A stretch of DNA of 64,000 nucleotides from Eremomyces bilateralis CBS 781.70 (lineage: Eukaryota), in NCBI GenBank assembly GCA_010015585.1, contig ML975156.1; one strand, given 5' to 3'. Below, piece after piece: positions 13,001 to 25,600 of the stretch (positions are counted from its first letter, which is position 1; each line of letters begins with the position of its first letter). A program made the translations under genes and the position numbers. The notes beneath the pieces were generated by a model. That model was given only the letters and a program-made list of their open reading frames with translations, had not been told where the DNA came from and did no database searches.

Positions 13001-14899
13001 GGGTGTTTGGGAAGCACCGGGAGTCGACACGATGACAGGTCCTTTGGTGTTGGGAGGACCGGGAGACGATGTGGGGGACGGTTTGATCGTGACCGCGCCT
13101 CCGTCCGGTTTCATGATGGGGATGGCCTTGCTGCCTTTCGCCTGTCGGATAAAGGTGGTTTGCGATCCGGCCGTCGGGGCGGGGCTGCTCGACTGCTGAC
13201 TGGGAGTTTGGGGAGGCATGGTTGCTGGTGCCATGGAAGGCGTCTGCGGGTGACCCAACGAAGCGGACGGAGGGCGCGGGGCCTCTTGGGAAGGATTTCG
13301 TGACATGCTGTTCGTGAACTGCGGCATGAACGGTTGGTGGGGACGGTGGGGACCGGTTTGGTAGGGCTGGGGGCTGGGAGGTGCCGCACCGAACGGTGCC
13401 ATGCCGTGCATGTATGGGCCAGGGGGGTAATACTGGCCGTAGGTAGGATCGAACTGCTGCGATACTCCGTAGATTCCCTGTGGATGGTGAAGTTCTGTTA
13501 GAAAATGGCCATATGTCATGTCTCGCGACAGTTCCGGAACGGAAATCTGATGGTTAAACACGGCAGCGTGATCCGGCATGGTCGGATTTGAAACGACCGA
13601 CGCCGCCTGTTGATGAGGAAACGGTTTGAACGGTGGCTGCGCGGCAACGGCGGGCGAAAAGGACTTGACGTTTGCGGAATTGTTGAAAGGAGATTGAAAC
13701 GCGGCGAAATGACCAGAAGCAGGAGGGGGACGCGAAAAGGAGGGCTTTACTTGTGACGGGTGGAGCTGTTGTGGATATCCTCCATAACCACCATGCTGCA
13801 TTTGGGGTCCGTTTGCCATGTGCGGCTGCTGGTGTAGAGCAGCGGGCGCCATGGCGGGACTGCGGGCGGCGGGTCGGAAGGGCGAGTTCGGGTGTTGACC
13901 CATGGGACCTTGAGCCTGGAATGGAGGCATGTTGGGACCACCGCGCTGCTGCAAAGGCAGCTGGCGGAATTGCCCACCTGGAGAGTTAGCCATCTGCTGA
14001 GGGAATGCACCTGCGTAGCCCCGTCCGCGTCCATTCGGGACGAATTGACGGTTGAAGTTGTTGGCGCTCATATCGCTGTGAGCGGATTGCGATGACTCGC
14101 GACGCAAATGTTGCGTTTGAGCGTTCGCCGGTCCTTGAGGCATGGGGCGCATCTGTTCCATGTTAGGATCATGGCCAATCCGAACCTGTGCAAGACTTAC
14201 ATGGTCGCTACCGTCGCCTGCCATTCCGAAATTCAGATTGCCTTGGTTCTGGATACCAGACGGTGGTCGTCCTCCGCTAGCAGCGGGTTGCGGGATGGGT
14301 GAAGGAGACGCAGCCGGGGACTGAACGCGAGGATTGCCGGTCTGAGGGGTATTCAGATTTGACATCTGCGAGTGATTGACGGTGCTGTTGGCGATCACGG
14401 GGGAGCCTTCAGCGGTAGTGGAGCCGAAGACGATGTTCGGTCGGTTGTTGTTCGAGCCAGCCGGGCCACCGTTTGGAATGTAGCCGCTGGCACCCGAGGC
14501 GGAGATGGTCACAGACGAAGGCTTGCGAGAGTGATCGTTCTGCGGCGTCGCACCGTTTGCGATAGACCCTCCTCCGTGCACGATGGCGGGAGCGGCTCCC
14601 ACGGCAGGAACAGCAGGCTGGATGGGCTTCTGCGGGTTCACAGGCGAGACGGAGTGCGATTTGCCATGTTGGATCGGGGTGGAGCTGCCCACTGCCACGG
14701 GAGGTGTGCTCGAGGCGATGACCGGAGGAGTGGAGGGCTTCTTCGCACCGCTCGCCGTCGCGCTCGCGTACGAGGATTTGGCAGTGGGCTGCGTCGGCAC
14801 TGCGGGCAGTGGAGACGTCTTGCCGGAGCCGGAGGATGCGGCGATGGCGGACTGTGCGGCGGATTGTTGCGGTTGCGCGGATGACACGGTGCTGGTCAT
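10084..14899 (-). CDS. tif4631: Eukaryotic translation initiation factor 4G
   Basis: eIF4E-binding motif YDKEFLL (YxxxxLphi); MIF4G domain QRKVKAALNKMTPEKFDKI..RCQEEFE..GLIQFIGELFK..SRMRFMLMDVVDLR. Terminal intron 10319-10268; probable in-frame introns 14200-14153 and 13750-13478. Confidence 0.97.
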
Positions 14900-15277
14900 T
14901 AAGAACGTTGGGGCGCGTGGGCCACGGGAGGATAAGTGGTGGTGTGTTCGAGCGGGATAGCGCGTGGCGATGGATGAGAGCGTGGAGGATCGGACCGGAG
15001 ATGACCGCGATGCCGATTCGAAGTGGAGAGAGATGAGCGGATACGAAGGAGGCGAGTCGAAAGGGTGGTGTCGAGTCGGAGATTATTAAACTGGAAGTCC
15101 TCGAATGAAGACGTAACCCAGGAAGTGATGGAGAAGAGAGGAAGAAGAGGATTTCACCGGGTTCTGGAGAGAACAAAGTGAAAGGATATCCTGTTCAAGC
15201 TTCAACAGAAAAGTTGAGCAGTCGAACGATTAGGAGGATTTGGTCGTTGGTCACAATCGGACGAACGAACCGGTGAC

Positions 15278-15500
15278 GAAAAGGATTGGAAAGGATTGAA
15301 AAGGATTGAAAAGAGCGCGAGAAGAGAAATCTCGGTGGGCTCGAATTCCGGATCCTAATAAAAAAAAAGAAGAAGAAGAATGGCTCCTGTATGAAAGACA
15401 GGAACTCTCTCTTCTTGATTTAGGAGGGGAGAGATGGATGGATGGTTTTGAAAGATGAAAGAGGAAGAAAAGAGAGAGAGAGAAGAAAGTTGGAGAGAAA
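15278..15500. repeat. Low-complexity GA-rich tract (CU-rich on the eIF4G sense strand), including about 3.5 copies of GAAAAGGATT, A9-10(GAA)n and (GA)n
   Basis: Read directly at 15278-15313, 15360-15380 and 15471-15482. Confidence 0.8.
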
Positions 15501-15729
15501 GAAATTCGTGGTGAGAGACAGTGAGAGACGCCGAGTCGCTGAGATTCCCCAATCACCGGGGAGCGTGGAAGGTGCGCCGCGAAAGTGTTGTGCAGGGAGG
15601 AAAGGGCGACCGGTGAAATTGGTTGTGTCAGCACGGGACATTGCCTAATGGCCTGGTGGAATATTGCCTTATTGCCTGATAAACACAATTATGGATGGCC
15701 AGTTGCCTTATATTCATTCATGTCACAAC

Positions 15730-15796
15730 TCACATGATTCTGATCACATGATTCTGATCACATGTCATGACATTTCCGTGACATTTCCGTGACATT
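15730..15796. repeat. Two abutting tandem repeats upstream of eIF4G: TCACATGATTCTGA x2.5 and TGACATTTCCG x2.6
   Basis: Exact units at 15730-15743, 15744-15757 and 15758-15764 (partial); 15768-15778, 15779-15789 and 15790-15796 (partial). Confidence 0.9.
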
Positions 15797-16698
15797 ATTT
15801 CCCTTCCTTTTCTTGTGTCCAAATGCCAGAATGGAACCTCCATTGCCCGACCAAGGAGAGATCCCGGATTCCATATGGTAACTCGCACAAGTTTGCGCCT
15901 ACTACCTGAACTGTTAAAACTAAAAGGGGCCTCCTTAACAATTGGGACTTTCGCCTTTACCACAAGGACTAAGGTCCGACTCCTAATCTAGTTTCGCCGC
16001 ACGACTCGCGGCGTCACTAACACAGGACACTGCACGACCACGAGTCCACGGAAAACGAAATCGCTCCACCAGTGACAATGCTTAATTTCAAGAACGCCGA
16101 TATTATTCGTGCAATCCTTAAGCTGATGCCGCTCCGTGCTACGTCCATACACCGGCTCCAGACAAGGATGTGCAAATTGTAATATTAATTATAAGGATAG
16201 AAAAGTCCGCGTGGTGCACTTTGATGATCCCTTCGCCTCTGCATCATGCATGCAGCAGCGGCTGTGCCCGTACACCCCTCGACATTCTGGAACATCCAGA
16301 GACCAAACTTTTAAAGTTCCAATTGATCGGCACTCGCAGTCTGGAAATAGTTTGACATTGGAGCCTATGAGATATACTTAATGCCACCCTTCGAGCAACT
16401 TCCAGTTGCCGTTGACAACATGATCATTCACCAGAGCAGCGTTGATGGCTAGGGGCTTCAAGCTAAGAATTGACGCGTCCGGAGTTGATTACCCACTACG
16501 CAGGAGCCTCGCGGTAAGACTAAGACTGATAATCTTTTACCTCGACTAAGGATTATTCCCATATTCTGACTCTAGGATCCTTGACGGTGATGTCGACTCA
16601 CTCTCGGTTCTCAACATATCATCCCGATTGTCGATGGGGAGTCATAGCAGCAAAGATAAAGCTACTACATGCTGGGCAAGACCTGACATCCAGCAACA

Positions 16699-19600
16699 TC
16701 ACTCACTGCCCAACAGCGATGACCTCAAGTCATCCACCAGCTTTCCCGCCTCGCTCAACGTCAAGAGTCCTTCCGGGCAAAACACTCCCACCTGCAATCC
16801 ACCATCGACAATCCGTGCCTCCACATCGACAGATGGCTTCGGGAGTTAGCATGCCTCTCGAATGGTTTCCAGGTACGAGAACTCACCAGATACGCGCCTC
16901 TCACACGATTTTTCTCCAGTAGCTTCGTTAATCCTTCACCATCATCGGCGCTCTTCCCTTCTACCACCCTGGCGTACCCATCCCGCTCTCCATCCGCAGC
17001 ACGAATGGCCCCTGCACCCACGACTTCAGCGATATCGAGCAGCTTCAAAAAGTTGACGAACGAATCCACCTGGATTCCCGTCCACCGCTCGATTTGCCAC
17101 AATCCCGCTCCAGCTCGATCGATCCGGTTCATCTCAAGCAAGTCATCTTGAATCTTCCTCGCCATCTCCACCAGTCCCTTATTGGCATTGAGTGAGACGC
17201 GTAGGGGCACAAGGTTGAGGGTTGGGCCACAGCTTTCCACGAGTCCAGGGATGTCATGAGACCGATTGGCTAGATAGACCCCAAAGACGACTTCTTTGGA
17301 ATGAGCGGCGTGGCTAGCAACGAGACGGGCATAGGCTTGGGCATATGCGGCAAGGAAAATGTGGTGGACCGAAACGTGGCTTGCTCGTGCCTTCTTCTCA
17401 AGCAGAGCGGTTTGGTTCACCACGTCTGCCTTGAAAAGTTCCACTCGACGATGGGATGAAGATGAAGATGGCTTGATCAGCGGATTCGGAGCTTTATGAA
17501 GGTAAGACGACCAAAACGAACGAGCTTGCTCGTGGGAGTCGACATCGCAGACAGCGTTGACGTATTCCCCAAAAGAATTGTCCCAATCGCTACTCGAGAG
17601 GTTAGAATCGAGGCACAGTGCATCCAGTCGTTGGATCAGCCGTGGGAGACTTATGGCATCATACAACGCATGATGGATGTTGAGTCGCAGCACCCAAGTG
17701 CCAACCTTTTCCTCAATCGTCAGATTCACTATTTTACGCTCCTTGAGGGTTTTCGAATCGCCTCGGAGGACGACCTGCATGATCGGGAGCTCCGTTTCGG
17801 TGGCCACAAATGTAGTCCGGAGAATGGGATGTTCTTGAACCAGGGCATTCCATGCCATCTCAATCTGTGCACGGCTCCAGGTCCCAGGTGCTGTGTACTC
17901 GAATGTGGGCCAAAAAAGCCGCCCATTGGAGTTTTGCCACACTGATAGCATGTAGACTTGCCCAGCGGTTGCTGGTATGGCCATCTCCACGTCGCCGGGG
18001 TCAACACTCTCCAACAGCTCAAAACCAACCGCATGAGACTTCCAAGTTGCCTTGTTTGATTGCTTGTCGGCTTCTTCGGGATCTGGAGGTTGAGAGGGAA
18101 CCTGTGCCATGGTACGAACCGTGGATGCACGCAATAGTGTGCTCACCGGCAGCAGAATGCCTCTGTTGCGCAGCAGTTTTGAGACCTTGATGGCACTGAT
18201 GGAGTCTAGCCCGATGCTCGGTAAGGTCGAGTCTTTGGTGACATCGTCTTCGGGTATGCCAGCCACATTTGACAACACTTGACGAATGGAAAGCTCCAAC
18301 TCAGTCCATGTGGCCTCATCCACAACCCGCGCTTGATCCCGCCCATCAGAGCCTGCTCCTCTGTCCTCCAATTCAGCATCTAGAGCAAATTTGGAGAGGC
18401 CGCAGATTGTGATACCCTCACTGTCGGCACTCAGACATTCACGGTCCGGAAAATTGACCATGTACCGGAGAACACTATCGAGTTCTCTGAGGAACTGTTG
18501 CACTGCCTTGGTGTCGAACCGGCTTTCCGAGCATGCTACGCGCCATACAAGAGTCTGGTCAGCGATTTCGGCTTCCGCCGCTACGCCGAATTCTACTTCG
18601 GCATCGCCATCAATGGTTTCGTACAGCTTCTCGTGCTCGTCGACATGGTGTTGAGGATGCGCCTGGTATATGAAGAGCGCATCGAAGAGCGGCTGACTAT
18701 TCCTTTCCACCAAAGTTTGGATTTTTCGGAGAGGGTAATGCTGATGAGGAACCACATCCGCGATATTCTCATGCATGTACCCCAGCATTGACCGCACGTC
18801 TCCATGGATAAATGTCCGCAGGGGGACAGTGGCCATGGTTGGGAACATTACCTCCGATGACCTGGAATTATCCCGCCCGGACAGCACCAGTCCATGGACC
18901 GTTTCTAGCGATGCGCTTCTTGATGCTAGTACCATGGCCATACACGTGTGCGTCAGCGTCTGCATGGTCACTCCTGCCGATTTGCAAAAGCCCTTGATTG
19001 TCTGGACTGACAGGTCGCTCACGGATTCCCGGCGGAGTACGCCAGATTTCTCGGGATGTGTCGTCCTTAGAGATGTATGCGTAGGTTGACATTCAGAGAG
19101 ATAGTCCCGCCAGAATATCTGACTCTGCTCACTATCACCCTTCAATATGGTTTGTATCGTGGGACCAATTGGGGGCCTCGGTGTGAGCCGACCATGATAT
19201 GCCTCCTGGACATCAGAATGCAATAATCCGATTGACCAGCCATCGTACAAGGCGTGTGAGAGACTCAGGGTGAGCAACGTTCTGTCAGGGGTCTCAATCG
19301 TACAAAGACTGATGAGTTCCCCCTGTTCTGCGTTTCGTTCCGCTTGTCTCTTCGCATCTTCCACGGCCGATAGCCAATTTCGGTCGTCGTCCAACCTTTT
19401 GGTGAACCATTGCAAGCTAGCTTTCTCCTGGACAACAACCTGTGCGAAAGAGTAGGGGATGCTTGGGTCATCGAGCTCCATGAACGATATTTGTAGAGCT
19501 TCGGTCGTTCGAATGACGTCGTCCCAAGCTTTCTGGAGCGTATTGAGTTTAGTGTGCGACGATAGTTGCAAAACCTCATGGTTGAAGTATCTCTTGAAGC

Positions 19601-22600
19601 CGGAACTCATCATATGCACCAGCATTCCTTCCTGCAGAGGTGTCGCCGGGTATACTGCTTGAATGGACCTATGTGGATGCTGCCCTCGCACTAGTTCATT
19701 CAGACGCGGTAAAAGAACATCCATCGATTTATCCCCCTTGCCTTCCGCCTCGCTTTCTGTTTCAGGAACGAGCTGTTCGGCAATTGCAGCAATGGATTTG
19801 GACCGCATGATTTCGCCCACAGGAATGGAATACCCAGCTTGTCGAATCTGGGAGGATAATCGGATAGCATCGATACTGTCCAATCCTAGGCCAACCATAG
19901 AGCCGTCATATGAAATGTCATCCAGATCTATTCCCGTAAGCTGTCCCACAAGATCGCGCAGTAGCTCAGCCTTCACAGAGACAGGCTTGGTAACGTGTCC
20001 ATTTGCAAAGGTCTCGGACGGTGTTTCGCTCGCAATGGGGCTTCCCCGATCTCCATCTGCAGTAAAATAGCCAATGTTGTCATCAACGTTGAGAAGCATT
20101 GCTTCCATTGACTGTTGGAACTCAGATAGCAGCCTACTCAATTGCTCGCCATCGCAGTACCATCCCTGGGAAACGAATTCGAGCTTCATTGACTCTTTTA
20201 TAAGTTCAATGTCGAGCGATAGAGGATAGTGTGCTGCAGCCCCTTCTCCTGTTTGCTCCCACAAGTTCTCATTGGAAGAATCCCCCTCAAGGGCTTGTTG
20301 AAAGACCAGGAGAGTGTCGAAGAGAGAATGGTTGGAAGGAACTTGATTCCACTTGTGAATATTTCGAAGGGGCGTATGTTGAAATGGCAGGACCGCAATA
20401 TTGAAAGACTGACAACGAGCGATCAGATCTCGCCATGTATCATTGCTCCTCAGTTCTAGACAGAATGGGATTGTGTTGAACAACGGCCCAACCACTTTAT
20501 CAGCTCCGTTGAAATCAATTGATCTCCCAGATATGACAAGTCCTAGGACCAAAGGACTGGGTCGATGGAGCTCCTTGTTCATGGTCACCGCCCAGGCTGC
20601 TTGGACAACTGCTTGGGTAGTAACCTTCAGTGATTTTCGTAGTCGTTCGATGGAACCCATGCCACCAAGTGTTGAAGATACTTTCAGGGGACTAGGACAA
20701 TCATAACGCATTTGAGGATGAGTACCACTTTTTCTACCTGCCAGGTGAGAAAGCCAGAATTGCTCGGCGCCAGAAAGGGTGGCTAAGGGCCCGAATGGGA
20801 GGACCTCGTGAAAGTTCGGCCCGTACTGCACATTCGGCTCGCTCTGGTACGCTTGGGCAATGCTCTGGAGTAGAAGCCTCATACTGATGCCGTCGTACAA
20901 GCCATGAAACATATGGAGCGAAAGCAGAACGCGTGCTTCTGATTTGACGAGGACAAGTTCAAATGGATGAAGCAGGGTCCAGAGGGTGTCACGATACCAG
21001 TCTTGGAACATCTCCCGCATTCCCTGGTGCAATGTGGCCTCCGGTATAAATGTTCCTTTCCAAGGGAATTCACGGTATTTCATCACGGCCTGGACATAGC
21101 CTGAAGAGCTTTGCACAAAGGAGGTCCGCAACATTTGAAGATTATGCTGAGCATTTTGCCATGCAGCCCTCAATCGTGGTATGTCGGTGCCCTCATGGAG
21201 CTCGAACCGAAACTGAGCAAAGTAGAAAGGCTCTGAACTGTTCATGGTTGTAGCGATCATGCCTTCTTGCAGGGGAGTGCAAGGGGCAATGCTCTCGACG
21301 AGAGAAGATTCACAACTCAACGCCGATGCCACCAGGCGGAGATGCTTGTGCTTGCAAATGGACATCAGTTGCTTGGCTGAAATGGCTGTTGCCCGGCTTG
21401 AAGCCTTGGAGGACTGATCTTTCACCATCGTTGACGATATGTCCCGGACCGTTTGTAGTTGCATTAAAGCTTGGATCGAAGGACGGCCGAGATTGGCTTG
21501 TCTTATTCTTTTTGCCAGTTCAATGACTGAAATTGAGTCAAGACCTAGCTCGAAGATATTCGAAGACGGTGAAATGGTGTCGATTCTGTTCCTTAGCATC
21601 TCGCGCAGGATATTTGCGAGCTGCGACTCCTGAACTGTCATTCTGTTGTCCTCGGATGTGGATCGACCGAGTCCCTGTAATTCGTGCGATGAAAGGGCAT
21701 AGAAGTGTTCCTTTAACCGATTCTCGTCGAGTTTATTGTTCACCGAGAGTGGAAGCGCATCCAAATGCACGAAATAAGTTGGGACCATATACGGAGACAG
21801 GAACTTTTGGCAAGAGGATCGTGCCTTGTCGCCAACCGACTGAAAAGAAGTTCCACTGCCACGGTAGGTCCTTTCCTCTTCCACGGTTGTTAGATGTCTT
21901 ACGATGAAAGACACAAGTTGCTCCCGCTGCATCTGAGGGTGCTTTAGGACCAGAGTTGCCACATCACGAATTTCTGGCACGTCATGGACAATGACAGAGT
22001 TGATCTCTGAGATCTCGAGCCTTTGCCCTCGGAGTTTGACTTGATCATCTTGCCGACCTAGGAAATCAAAAGATCCATCATGGAGTATCCGCACCAAGTC
22101 TCCTGTGCGATAGACACGTACGCCGTATTTCCGTAGATATGGAAACTTCTGGTCTGTGAGTTCAGGTCGGTTCAAATATCCTTTACCGACTAGGACCCCG
22201 TGTACACACAACTCTCCAACACCGCCTCGGAGTACTGGGGTATCGGTTCCTTTCTTGAACACAAAGGTGCCAACGTTGTCGAATTGAGGGCCGATATTGC
22301 TTGGTTTCCCGTTTGATGGAACACGCGGTAGCATGGTGACGCCAATGGTGGCTTCCGTTGGTCCATAACCATTGTATATGACCTGCGCTGAACCCCAAGC
22401 ATCCAATACATCTTGTCTAAGCTGCTCACCTCCAGTAATAAACACACCATCGCATAGACTTGGAACTTCCTCTGGCCGGATAAGTCTTGCAAGACTAGGA
22501 GTGAGATCTATATGAGTGATGCGAAGACTGCGAATAGCACCGGCAAGGTCCTCGAAAATGACGTCTTTTGGTGCTGAGACAACACGAATCCCTACGGACC

Positions 22601-25600
22601 AACTCCAGAACAGCTCTAAAACAGAGACATCAAAATGAAACGAGGCAAACTGGAGCCACCGAGAATCGTCATTCCAGTGACCGGAGAAGATCCGTTGGAA
22701 AGATTTGATCGCTTGGACGGCATTATCGTGAGTGATCTCGCACCCTTTGGGCGTGCCGGTAGTACCTGAAGTATAGAGGCAGTATGCAACATCCGAGGGC
22801 TCAATAGGTCTTGAAAGACGTGGTGATGAAGCCTCAAAATCTTCGCACTCTCCGTCTTCTAGAGCTATGATCCGTACGCCTGGTAGTGGGGATAATTCGT
22901 CTCGGAGATCTTTGGTCGTCAAAATCAGAGAAGCCTGGCTGTCTTGGAGAATAAAGCTCTTTCTGGCCAGGGGAGCACTTGGATCCAATGCGACATAGGC
23001 GCAACCTGACTTGAGAATGCCAACAATAGCGAATGATGCTTCTGGGCATTTATTGAAGCATATTGCGACTAGGCTTCCTTGCTGTACGTTCGAATCGAGA
23101 ACAATATTAGCAACACGGTTTGCCGCGTTGTCCAGCTCCTTGTAGCTCCAGCAATGACTCCGAACTTTGCCGTTGGTAATGTCAGATGCAAATTGCAGGG
23201 CAACAACTTGTGGGCGAGGTTCTAGCTGATTTTCAACGAAATGGTGCAATAATGTCTCGTCTGAATCTATTTTCGAATCCCTTGCGGGAGTGATGGAGTA
23301 GAGAAGTGGGGAGAGTGCTTGGTCCTCATATCCTGGTTTGGAAAAACTAGCCAAGAGATGATCCATCTGTTCTAGAAGGGTTTGTGCCTGCGGCTCAGGT
23401 AGCATGTTGCTTTGAAAAGTTAAGCGGAGAACCAGGACATCATCGTCCTTTGGAAGTAGCTCCACCGAAACCACAAACTGTAATGTTGTCAATAATCAAG
23501 ATGTGGACGTCGCGAGTAATAATGTGACTGACCTCCGACGTAGCCGCCTCATGTACTATTTCTCCGAAATCGAGGCGTGTTTCAGGACCAGTTGATTGTT
23601 GGAAAACGAAGAGACTGTCAAAGAGCTGTCGATCATCGAGACCGGCCCAGCTTTTTATGTCGCTCAATGCCACATGCTGATACTTGAGCACTTGCGAATT
23701 GAAGGCAACTGCTTCCAGAAGACTTTGAATCGCTTCTGTGTCGATAGCAACACTGATTGGAACGGTGGTGAAAGTTGGGAATGGCGCAGTTCGGGACTCT
23801 TCCGTGTTTCTTCCTGACAACACTACCCCGAAGGTAACTCGATCTTCTCCAGTATACGCACCGAGCACTCGTGCCCATGCAACTTGTCCCATAGCTTGCA
23901 TGGTAACATCTGAAGCTTTGCATGCTTCGGCCAAACCAGTCAAAGTAGTACTACAGTTGATTTCCATGACCCGCAGCGATCCGGAGGTTTGGTAGGGGCA
24001 GAGATTAGGAAACTTGGTGACGCGCAGATCTTGTTTTGTCCAGAATGATTTGGCTTCAGTGACATCTGGCTGCTGTAGAATCGCACCCAGCGTCTTCTCA
24101 ATTGAGGAACGCATGGAAACGGGTTTTCCATCAACATGCAGTGAGACGTCCTCGAGAATCATCGCGATACTGTTAGCGTCATACAGCGCATGTAAGATAG
24201 CGATGTGTAGAGTTGTCGAACCTGGGCCGCGTTCAAGTAGAAGCCGCCAGCCAGGGATGTGTAGGTTTTGTGCAAAGTATGAACCATCCTGCGAAACGCA
24301 TTGCAGCTTATCTTGTTCACTATGGGTGAGTGGTTCTTGAGACCATGGCGATGTACCAGCGCCATCCGTATATGTTATCATCGCGAATGGAAAGTCAGTT
24401 CCCCCTAGGTGAAAGAATCCTGTGCGGAGCATCTCATGGCTACTTTGCACTTGCTCCCACGCACCTTGAAGATCGTTTTCGCTGATGTTGTTGCGAAGCC
24501 GAATGCTGTACTGGTTAAGGTATCGGTCTCCATTGCTCTGCAGAAACTGAGCAATAATGCCACTCTGAAGTGGTGTGCACGGCCGGAGCTTCTCGACTTC
24601 AGAGGAAGAGATGTTTAGCTCTTCGCAAATACGAGCCCGGTGCTGGCGGTCAAAGGCGGCGAAATCGAATTGAGGAGATTGGGTTGGCTCGTTCTTCAGC
24701 TCAAGGAACTTTGCGATCGCGGAAGCGGTTTGAAGCTCGAGAATCTTCAAAGAACTGACGTGAAGTCCTTCTCTTCTTAGCAAAGAGGCAAGCTGGACTG
24801 CACTGATACTGTCCACTCCCAGTTGGAATATGGTTGTTGAGCCACTGATTTGTGATACATCTTTCCCGGTAAACCGCGCCATATGTTCGAGAATCTTGAG
24901 CTCCAGCTGGGAGATGCTCTTGGAAGACACCTCGCGCTCCTTTGTATCGACCGTATTGGGAAGACATCCTGAATTGACCACCCCTTGATTGACCATGGTC
25001 CGGTCTCCAGCTAACAAGCGCTCATCTAGAAATGACGGCCCATGGTCTATTGCACTCCCGTTCGGCGAATCTAGAAGTGTTTCTAGTGCAGATGAGAATA
25101 GCGTAGCGACGGAGACCGCGTCATTATATTCGAGTTTGGATGTAGAGAAATGCAGTTTGAAGCCCAGCACATTTTGATGTCGATCCGGTGTGATTTCGGC
25201 AACTAGTGGAAAATCCATCCACCCAGAATCTTCTTCTAGCGTCCAGATATGCTCGTCCAGCCGGTACGGCCCAGGCTGTAGTAGAAAAAGTGAATCGAAC
25301 AGGGGTTTGTTGATGGATTGGACGTTTGACAGAACACGTCTCAGAGGATATAACTGGTATGGCATTGCATCTGCCGTGAATCTGCAAAGCGACTCGACCA
25401 GTTCAAGATTCGATTGGCTTTCTTTGATTTGGATATGGATGGGAACCGTATTGAAGCAAGGTGCAACTAATCGTTCTACACCCGGTACTGGCACAGATCT
25501 GCCACTGACCACATTACCGAAGCAAATCGTTGACTGACCAACGCACTGGGCCAGTACCTTGGCCCAAGCTGCTTGCAATATGCAAAGCAGGGGCGTATTC

